Of a stretch of DNA of 17,706 nt, positions 8,592 through 17,084 are shown one piece after another (the stretch's first letter is position 1; the number at the start of each line of letters is the position of its first letter). Below the pieces are notes generated by a model. It was not told the origin of the DNA. It made no database searches and worked only from the letters and a program-made list of their open reading frames with translations. Source of the DNA: Octopus sinensis (lineage: Eukaryota); assembly GCF_006345805.1 (NCBI RefSeq), contig NW_021824722.1, positions 1 through 17,706 of the forward strand, given 5' to 3'. The position numbers were made by a program, and so were the translations under genes.

Positions 8592-11528
8592 TAAGTATAG
8601 GAAAGAATGGAGCTGAACGAAGATTTAACAAAATTCCTTTATTTTATTTTCGACATATGTTTCGAAGTCTGCAAAGTCCCTAATTCCGAGTGAATAAGGA
8701 GTCCATTATGCAGCTTCTCTTCAGGAAAATCCAGGAACTTAATTCTCCAACAAAATGCACAACAAGCTTTTCGACGACTGCTCACGAGGAGCCCATAAAA
8801 ATAATGATAAAAAATGTCTATTTATAGGGGTTGACGCCAGATTGGATGAAAGCAGAAGAAATTGTCCTTTGACATAGTTCAAGGGCCGAATCAAGGTAGC
8901 AGAAGGAAGGTATAGGAAAATTAAAGAGTGTGAATGTATTCTGTATGACTGGTGTTTATATTTGATTTATTTTATGAATGAGTGCTCGAATGTATGAGTG
9001 TGTAAAATTGCCTTAATGTATGTGTGTGTGCGTCTTTGAATGCGTGAAAGTGTGTGTTGAAGGTAGAGAGAGAGAGATAGCAAGAATTAACGGTCAAGAA
9101 ACTGAAAAGACTGTGTCTGTGTGTTCGAATGTGACAACTTAATAGGGAGAGGGCGGCCACAATAGCAATGACAAGATACAATGTTACTGTTGTTAGGATG
9201 TTAGTAGTTTTGGCAACTATGAGAAAGTCTTTTATACTAACAGGGATGAGATATCACCTTTCAAATTTTTTTAGGAAATCCAGGGGTTATCTATATTAGA
9301 CTTCATTGGTATGAGAGAAAGGTATGCCTTTTCCAGTGTAGGCACTCCACAATCGAGTTTACTAGTCGGCCTCGGGCAAACAGAATATGAAAGAGTTCGG
9401 AATTACATAGGGCACAGATTTTTTTGCCCTTATCAAACGGTAAAGACACCGATAATATTGACCATTCCAGTCTAAAAGTTGAATTCGCGTTCTTCAAACG
9501 CCAGAATAATTTGCTTAGCCCAGTAGAGTGTTGTTTCTTTCTATCCCTAAACGTGGAAAAATGGTTCGATATTCTAGTGGCTAATTTAGATGATGTAGCG
9601 CCGATATAGAGGAAGACATCGGATCCAGTATAAACTCTGCACTGGTAAATGGCGTTTCTAATTTTGGAGTTATTTGATAAGAACCTTAATCTATTGGGAT
9701 TAGTTTCCGATACTAATACAGCGTTCTTATTACTATGATGGTTGTAAAAACTACCGCTGGATTCGATACTATTCACCCCATTATCATTACTATTTAAGGC
9801 AATATCACCTGCATATTCCCTGTTTCTGGGAATGCTGTGATTGATAATGTCCGTAAAACTACTGTTGTTAAAACCGCTGCTAATATTATTGTTGAGACTC
9901 CCTCCGTTAATGACGAGGTCAGTGCTCTTACCCTTATTACTATTACTAACGCCAATGTTGGTATGAAGCTGCTAATATCTGTGCTACTTCTATTATTATT
10001 ATTATTACTATATGTTATGTTGGAATTTGACGGGGCAGAGTCTCTGCTCATGGGTGACAGGGCCTTATTTAGCAGCTTATTGTTATGGGAGGCAATTATC
10101 TGTGAAAGATTTTTAGTATTTGAGAAAGCTATCCTTACTTTGTGCGAATTTATAGTGGAGTAATATCTCGAATTTCTGGGAAAATTTCTGGCAATGGCTT
10201 GGCGAAACTGCAACGGTAGGTTAGATCTGATTTGTTTACCAAAGGGAATCACAAACCAGATATAGTTTTTCTGTTCTGTACTGGTCGGAGAGTCAACTCT
10301 TACATTAGGGGGGCATCTCTGGGTTGAATAATGGGTTTTGGCCTACGATGGTCTCCCTTGGACCGCAAATTATTTATGTTAGCTATATTTGTGTTAGCTG
10401 TACTTGTGTCGACATTACTAAAGCTACCATCACTACTTATATTATTTATATTATTGTAAGTTGACTTATCCTGATGAGAAAATTCTGGTTTCGGAAGGGC
10501 CGGGTCTATATATGTTACCTTTTCCCTATAACCGGCTTTTAACAGGGCGGCATTATAGAATTTCGCTTTATGCTTAAAAGTGTCGACGTTGGCAGATAAA
10601 TTTGATAATCTTAGAGAAATATTTTTAACTAAATTATCTGTGATAGTTTTTGCGTGGTTAGAAAAACACTGACATATTTTAGGTTTGTGGAAGGTTTATG
10701 GTAGGGGCAGTAAGAATTGCTATGCAGATTTAGTGTAACATCTAAGAAATTGGCCTTAGTAAGTTCGTTATCGAAAACTATGCTCATGCCCATCCTACCA
10801 AAGAACCTAGCTAATCTATTTTTAGTTTTCTGTATCATTCTATTCGGGGTATTCTGTAGGTAAAACAGACAGTCGTCACGATATAGACCGCCGCCGATGT
10901 CCGGGAATTGGTCGGCTAATTCATAGAGAATATAGATTCCGACCAAATCGGCTATCTGGGCGCTATCTGAGCTTCCCATTGGCACATCGAACTCGTTGGG
11001 AGTATCCCTACGGACCCATAACTTATCTTCAAACTGTATAAAGGATTTTCTGGCGACTAGAATTATATCAATTTCTTCTCTTGTGAGGCCTGCCTTATTA
11101 TGCGCATGCCATAGGGCCTTATTGAGTACACTAGGGTTAATCGAGGGGTAGAAATTAGCAATATCGAACTGAATGAACTGAGTTCTGTTTTTATTAGATT
11201 TAGAAGAGAACCAATTTACGACTTGCGAGGAGCTCGCCCAAAGGTTGAGCTTAAGCTTATTAACTAATCTAGGTATGTATTTGTCTAAAATGTACTTACT
11301 GATGGAACCGATGTCGGAACTAGAAGGGCATATGAGCCTTAATGCTGGATTGGTGTGAAAATTTGTTTTGTGGTCTTTAACGATGAATCTAGGTTGTCTT
11401 GGGTTAAGCGGTTGTGTTTTCATTTGAAGCCCATAATTTACCATAATTTCCTTAATCTCCAAATTGACTCTTCTTAGTGTATTCTTATTTGTAGTTCTGT
11501 AATTCTTCTGGATTTCTTTCTTGAGTAT

Positions 11529-11530
<2 letters not shown>
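8591..11530 (-). mobile_element. Penelope-like element (RT + C-terminal GIY-YIG endonuclease, possibly Nematis-like), 5'-truncated, with hammerhead-bearing 3' region
   Basis: RT motifs KDHK..LRLICP, FIQFDIANFYPSI, FDVPMGSSDSAQIADLVG, GLYRDD and NFLDVTL; thumb region SNH..RLS, YNAAL..GY and YIWF; GIY-YIG AIYQC..LYIGAT..RISNH with CALC (stop 9303-9305). The frame reads upstream to ~11530 (ERILKKEIQKNYR), where it meets (GA)n/(TA)n. Three -1 frameshifts. The clade assignment is from memory. Confidence 0.9.
8646..8730 (-). ncRNA. type I hammerhead ribozyme in the PLE 3' region
   Basis: Minus strand: stem I AUUUUC/GAAAAU; CUGAAGA (8724-8718); stem II GAAG-CUGCA...UGCAG-A-CUUC; GAA; palindromic stem III ACAUAUGU; GUC cleavage triplet, cut after 8652. 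Confidence 0.85.
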
Positions 11531-11560
<30 letters not shown>

Positions 11561-11638
11561 TCTCTCTATATATATCTATATATATATATATATATATATA
11601 TATCTATATATATATTATATATATATGGAAAAAAAATA

Positions 11639-11892
11639 AAGGTAGAAAATGGTAAAATAATTTTATAAAAAACATTTCAGTACTGGTTTCGGTCATTTAG
11701 ACTTTTTCAACCTCAAGTATGGAAAACAATTAAATTTTGGAAAAATTAAATGAAAAGTATTTTAAAAGAATATTTTCATAGTATTCAAATTTAAGGGGCA
11801 TTTTCCTTGTTTCTGCTTGTCTCTGTCTCTCTTGTTTACTCTTGTAGGTACTGAAATGTTTTTTATAAAATTATTTTAGCATTTTCTACCTT
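11639..11892. repeat. 45-bp inverted repeat (11639-11683 / 11848-11892) with a degenerate hammerhead-like core next to the left arm
   Basis: Arms are 44/45 identical. The minus strand at 11717-11681 reads CU--UGA GGUU..GACC GAA ACCAGU A. Confidence 0.8.
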
Positions 11893-11939
11893 GACTTTTA
11901 TACATATATATATATCAACTCGTGTGTCCCTTTTCAACC

Positions 11940-11980
<41 letters not shown>

Positions 11981-11982
<2 letters not shown>

Positions 11983-12143
11983 TGAGAAAAGTCGTCAGAA
12001 TTTTGGAAAAATCCTTTTATTTCTTCATTATCATTATCGCTTTCGTTCCTCTAGAACTTCAAATTCTAGAGAGGGACGAAAGCGCTAATAATAAGAAAGA
12101 AAAGGATTTTTGTTCCCAAAATCCTGACAACTTTTTTCTCAAT
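11981..12143. repeat. fold-back inverted repeat, arms ~76-80 bp, 7-nt loop
   Basis: attgagaaaa...cgctttcgttcctctagaa / cttcaaa / ttctagagagggacgaaagcg...ttttctcaat; arms are clearly complementary, with several indels. Confidence 0.85.
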
Positions 12144-12209
12144 ATTCATTTCTGTACATCACACCTAATTATACACACACACACACACACAACACACACA
12201 CACATATAT

Positions 12210-12252
<43 letters not shown>

Positions 12253-12254
<2 letters not shown>

Positions 12255-12510
12255 TCAAGGAAATTCCACCGTCGTCTGATTTATAAGTTTTATTATTCAC
12301 AATATTGAAATAAACTAGTACTTTCATGCGTTACGCAATCATCAGGTTAATGCAGTGATAGTCGTGTTCCACAATTGACAACTGCAGGGAAATGGTTAGT
12401 TTTTCTCCTTTACATACATCACAATGGGCTCCAACAGGTTGAATCTTGACCAATCAGTACATCGCTTAGATGTCACCGTGTGGTGAGTTCTAACTGTATT
12501 TCAACCAATA
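12253..12510 (-). mobile_element. short non-coding PLE pLTR-like unit embedded in (TA)n
   Basis: About 255 bp bounded by (TA)n on both sides and carrying a hammerhead ~60 nt from the (AT)n tail, the same layout as the PLE 3' end at 8591-8730 but without clear primary-sequence similarity. Confidence 0.55.
12313..12348 (-). ncRNA. minimal type I hammerhead ribozyme
   Basis: Minus strand AAC CUGAUGA U-UGCG-UAA-CGCA-U GAA AGUACU A GUU: 3-bp stem I, 4-bp stem II with a U.U closing mismatch, palindromic stem III and a CUA triplet. Confidence 0.75.
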
Positions 12511-12538
12511 TATACATATATAAATATATATCTAATTT

Positions 12539-12594
<56 letters not shown>

Positions 12595-12733
12595 GTTTAA
12601 TCATATCAAAGGGAAATGGAATTTAATTAAAATTAAAATATTCAATCAAAATTTACATTTCCAGTGGTCTAACGTGCAAAAAAAATTAGTCAAAAAGACT
12701 ATATATTAGTCATACGATATAGTGCATATTTAT

Positions 12734-13081
12734 ACACATAAGGAATCCACTTTGCGTGAAATTCAACACATTAGAAAGAACAGCTAGGTTCTGTAAACCA
12801 TAAAAATGACGGATAAAATTCGACAGGAATAAATTTGGAAATGAAAAACATTTACCATCTAGTACCCCGACCAAATTGGTTTCTGATCTTCTTTTAGCAA
12901 GTCAGGGGGAACTCGCAAGGTCTGAAAGAAGATCAGAAGCCAATTTGGTCCGGGGTACTAGATGGTAAATGTTTTTCATTTCCAAATTTATTCCTGTCGA
13001 ATTTTATCCGTTATTTTTGTGGTTTATAGAACCTAGCTGTTCTCTCTAATGTGTTGAATTTCACGCTAAGTGGATTCCTTA

Positions 13082-13086
<5 letters not shown>
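12734..13086. repeat. long fold-back inverted repeat, arms 163/164 bp, 26-nt spacer
   Basis: Arms 12734-12896 and 12923-13086 differ by about 7 substitutions and 1 indel by manual alignment. Confidence 0.95.
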
Positions 13087-13137
<51 letters not shown>

Positions 13138-13185
13138 TATATATATATATATATCTATACAATATTTTACATTACTCGGTAGTCA

Positions 13186-13248
13186 AGATAAAACTCTGAG
13201 TTTCAGATGCCGAAGTGGAAATCCACAACACCATCTCTTCGGTTATCT
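13186..13248 (-). ncRNA. type I hammerhead ribozyme variant (CCGAAGA core, possibly inactive)
   Basis: Minus strand: stem I AGAUAA/UUAUCU; CCGAAGA; stem II GAUG..GUGG-AUUU-CCAC..CAUC plus one extra U; GAA; stem III ACUC-A-GAGU; GUU triplet. Confidence 0.65.
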
Positions 13249-13256
13249 GGCTATTA

Positions 13257-14171
13257 TAGCAGGAGGAGGATGCCTTTGCTGATCTTGCCCCGTCTCTTGA
13301 TTTTGATAACTTCTCTTAATTTCCTCAAAAGTGAAGCAAAATAGGCTCCTGCAATTGTGGTACCCTTTGCCAGGAAATCTGTCATCACTACTCCGTCCTG
13401 GTCCCAGAAGACTGTGAGCATGACCTTGCCAGCGGAGGGCTGCACCCTTGCCTTCTTTGGAGGGGGTGAGTCACGGTGCTTCCACTGCATTGACTGGGCT
13501 TTGATCTCTGGATCATCGTGATGGACCCAGGTTTCATCCTGTGTAATCAGTCTTTTGAAAAATTTTGACTCATCTTCTTGGCACATCTCCAAATTCACCC
13601 TCGAGCACTCGACGCGTTCTTGCTTCTGGAAAGGCGTGAGCAACCTGGGAATCCATCTGGCAGACACCTTTTGCATATGCAAATGGTCATGAATGATAGT
13701 TTCCACAGACCCGGTACTAATCTTGACCTCATGGGCTATTTGGCGAATAATTATGTGTCGATCTTCCAAAATGGCAGCCTCAACTTGACGGACAGATGCC
13801 TCATCAATGGCAGAAGGGGGCGACCAGATCTAGGAGCTGTTTCCACAGAGTTCCGACCATTTTTGAATTCACGATGCCAGCGTTTTACAAGGTCATATGA
13901 TGGGGCATCATCACCATAAGTTACTTTCATTTCATCAAAAGTCTCCCGTGGTGTGCGTCCTTTCAAATACAAAAACCGGATCACTGCTCGACACTCAACA
14001 GGCTCCATTTCACACTTGACTCGGTTCAAACACCTGTAAATCAGAAACCACAATTAAGAGCTGTAATTTGCCACTTACTCTATAGAGATATAAATGATTG
14101 CACATGCAAAATTTCAGCTAGATCAAACAACTGCAAGTGGGTCAGAGGCATTATATTGAACGTCCCTCGTA
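13257..14171 (-). mobile_element. mariner transposon (irritans-like), 5' TIR intact, transposase frameshifted and 3'-truncated
   Basis: TA plus TIR-like CGAGGGACGTTCAATATAATGCCTCTGACCC at 14139-14171; ATG at 14008 (MEPVECRAVIRFL, HTH domain, RSGRP); a -1 frameshift near 13815; then ARWIPRLL, LITQDETW and SAGKVMLTVFWD. The sequence stops at GILLLL, before the DNA(R/P)xH and YSPDL motifs. No second TIR. Confidence 0.9.
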
Positions 14172-14212
<41 letters not shown>

Positions 14213-14217
14213 ATCTA

Positions 14218-14258
14218 GTTTCAGCTCACAAACTGTGGCCATGCTGGGGCACCGCCAT
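14218..14258 (-). mobile_element. SINE family A-like 3' fragment
   Basis: gtttcagc..actgtggccatgctggggcaccgcc resembles 499-537. Confidence 0.55.
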
Positions 14259-14308
14259 TTATATATTATATATATAATATATAATATATATATATATATA
14301 ATATACAT

Positions 14309-14394
<86 letters not shown>

Positions 14395-14398
<4 letters not shown>

Positions 14399-14647
14399 TC
14401 TCGGGAGTCAATGGAGTTGCGCATAAAATAATGTAGTCCGGCTTTTACATTTCATGTCCCAATATATCTCCTGCTGTGACTGTGCAGTCCTATCCTAGAC
14501 AAACACTTCCTCTGGCAGGTGCCGCAAATGTAGCGAAGACTACTCTTGGCTGGTTGTAACGTCATAGTTTCTTGTTGACGTCTTTTCTTGTCTTGCCATT
14601 TCTCCTTTCTCTCTCTGTCACTCATTTGTGTTCCCCTCTTTTACGGT
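14395..14647 (-). mobile_element. RTE-clade LINE 3' end (C-terminal zinc finger + 3' UTR)
   Basis: Minus strand TVKEG..RERKEKWQDKKRRQ..YICGTCQRKCLSRIGLHSHSRR; stop at 14452-14454; UTR ends ccattgactcccgagac and then (AT)n. Confidence 0.8.
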
Positions 14648-14939
14648 ACGTCGTTTAAATATCTTTCACCTGCGCTGCCTCCGGAAAATCCTTAGCATCA
14701 AATGGCAGAATCATGCCCCCAACAAAGATGTCCTCAAGCAAGCAGGAATACCAAGCATGTTTGCACTTCTCACACAAAGATGTATGAGATGGCTTGGACA
14801 TATTAGCCGTATGGGTGATGGCAGAATCCCCAAGGACATACACTACGGAGAGCTTGCTAGGGGCACTAGGTCTGTGGGAAGACTGTTCTTACGATACAAT
14901 GATGTTTGCAAAAGGGACATGAAGGCCTGCGACATCGAT
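14648..14939 (+). mobile_element. RTE-clade LINE ORF fragment (post-RT region), inverted relative to the adjacent 3' end
   Basis: RRLNIFHLRCLRKILSIKWQ..PNKDVL..RWLGHISRMGDGRIPKDIHYGEL..GTRSVGR..RYNDVCKRDMKACDID, typical RTE motifs. Confidence 0.9.
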
Positions 14940-15165
14940 ATATATATATATATTAATGCTCGTAGCTTAGTTTTTCCTTGGGGCTGGCCGGATCGGAGCG
15001 ATCTCAAGATTAATCAGCCGAAATTGCGAGAATGATCCGGTTCTTGACTGAAGATTAGAGGCTGCGAATGACCCGTCCGTTTTTGTGTTTTGAGTTCTTG
15101 TCCCATTTTGTATTTTTATATATATTTTTATACACACACACATATATATATACATACGATGGGAT

Positions 15166-15199
<34 letters not shown>

Positions 15200-15374
15200 T
15201 ATATAGATATTAATATATATATATATATATACAATGGGATTCTATATATATATATATACATGACAACATAAATATACGCAATTACACATACACACACGGA
15301 CATAAATATATCTTTAGATGTCTGTCTTAATTTATTTACGTATCTTTGAGTATGTGTGTGTGTGTATTTATATA

Positions 15375-15572
15375 TGTATGTTGATGTGTGTGTGTGTGAT
15401 TGTGTATGTAGTTACATAGGGTGTGAGTGTAGTTATATGGTATGTGTGTTGATGTATGTGTGTGTGTGTATAATATATGTGTGTTGATGTGCGTGTGTGT
15501 GTAGGCATATAGGTATGTGTATTTATGTGTGTGTGTAGTTATATGGGTATGTGTGTTGATGTGTGTTGAGGT

Positions 15573-15617
<45 letters not shown>
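15375..15617. repeat. TG-rich degenerate higher-order repeat grading into (TG)n
   Basis: Recurring gtatgtgtgttgatgtg and gtgtagttatat(a/g)g units. Confidence 0.65.
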
Positions 15618-15620
<3 letters not shown>

Positions 15621-16138
15621 CGAAAGCCCGAGGTATTCGGCTTAGGAACATCTCAACGAAAATGTCAATGGAGGAGAATGTAACGTAATGTCACGAGAAG
15701 AGGCGATAGAGAGAGAGAGAGAGAGAGAGAGAGGAATGGGAGAGTAAAAGAGTGAGCGAGGGTGAGCATAGGGAGGCAAGGGGAGAATAGCAACAGGAGG
15801 AGGACTTGTTATGACGGAACGGACAATGGTGGTGGTATGAGGTGGACAGAGTATAATAGAATGAAGGGCGGAGGAGTAGAGAAAGTATGGGAGGCGCTAA
15901 GTACGGCTTTAACTCAGAGATGCAATGTTTGGTTTGAGTGCATTTTTGATTGTTGTTTTTTGGTCTTTGTGTTTGCTTTCCGATGTTTTTTTTCTTCTGT
16001 TAATGGCTGAGTTTTGATGTGTTTGTTTACTTTTTGTTGTTTTTATTCATTCTGGAATGTTCAGATTTGCCGTTCGACTGTCGGCGAACTTAGTAAAACG
16101 TAACAACGGCCATACACACATACACATACATATATATA

Positions 16139-16367
16139 TTTCTTTATTGCCCACATTGGGCTAAACAACATAGAGGGGACAAACAAGGACAGACAAGCGG
16201 ATTAAGTCGATTACATCGACCCCAGTGAGAAACTGGTACTTTATTTATCGACCCCGAAAGGATGAAAGGCAAAGTCGACCTCGGCGGAATTTGAACTCAG
16301 AACGTAACGGTAGACGAAATACGGATACGCATTTCGCCCGGCGTGCTAACGTTTCTGCCAGCTCACC
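16139..16367 (-). mobile_element. SINE family B (tRNA-derived), full length
   Basis: Minus strand GGTGAGCTGGCAGAAACGTTAGCACG (A box-like) ..GAGTTCAAATTCC (B box-like), then GACTTTGCCTTTCATCCTTTCGGGGTCGATAAATAAAGTACCAG (recalls Meta/MESC-type central domains, unverified) and an A-rich end. Confidence 0.85.
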
Positions 16368-16376
16368 ATGCACACA

Positions 16377-16415
<39 letters not shown>

Positions 16416-16557
16416 GCAACGTTTATACAGAAGCGTTTAGCATTCCGCGATATTCTACGGAGAGCTGAAGTAAAGCTGTCGAGCCTGTGTCAGTGTTGCC
16501 TGATGAAAAGGAACAAAGCCAAATTCAAGTCCAGTGTAAAGTGAATCGAACTCCAGT

Positions 16558-16615
16558 ATCGAACCCGGAACCACACGACTGGCAATCAAACTTCTTACCA
16601 CATAGCTACTCCTGC
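16558..16615 (-). mobile_element. SINE family A head fragment
   Basis: Minus strand GGCAGGAGTAGCTATGTGGTAAGAAG..GGTTCCGGGTTCGAT. Confidence 0.7.
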
Positions 16616-16681
16616 CGGATATGAGAGAGAGAAATTCTTTTTTCCTAATTTCTTAAAATAAAAAAAATAATCAAGACACTA

Positions 16682-17084
16682 GGATCTTTTCGGTTTGAAC
16701 GGCAGTTTTTTCTAGCGGTGTCATATGAAATTGTCACCCATAATTATGACCCTAGAATCGATCTATTGCATTTCAATCTGTTTTAGGGTTAGGGTTAGGG
16801 GTGGGGGTAAGGGTATCTTTTTTTCTTCACAAATGTAAATAAACCCAATCTATTTCTTAAACGAGGCACAGAATGTTTTCACTTCAAATAGACGTCATTG
16901 ATTGGTTGAAATTGCAGAAATTGAAAAAAAACAACAACAATTATCTTACAAACTATAGAATTTTCTCAATAAAGTCAAGAGAAAAGGATGTTTTATAAAC
17001 ACATTCTACCAGTATACGAAGTTTAAAAGTGTTTAGTTACGTGGAAATTATTTGAAAAAACTGCCGTTCAAACCGAAAAGATCC
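16682..17084. mobile_element. non-autonomous TIR element (MITE-like, 403 bp)
   Basis: Perfect 30-bp TIRs (16682-16711 / 17055-17084), no ORF, and an internal (TTAGGG)3 at 16783-16800. Flanked by ~43-bp direct repeats. Confidence 0.85.

Noticed and set aside
9837-10163. Plus-strand hydrophobic ORF (poly-Leu), and similar antisense ORFs at 9424-9609 and 13578-13919
   Set aside because: These are antisense shadows of the PLE and mariner coding regions.
10471-10510. Plus-strand CTGATGA-GAAA..TTTC-GGAA resembling a hammerhead
   Set aside because: GGAA replaces GAAA, stems I and III do not pair, and it lies antisense within the PLE ORF.
16783-16800. (TTAGGG)3 as a telomere or interstitial telomeric site
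   Set aside because: Only three units, and they are internal to a TIR element.
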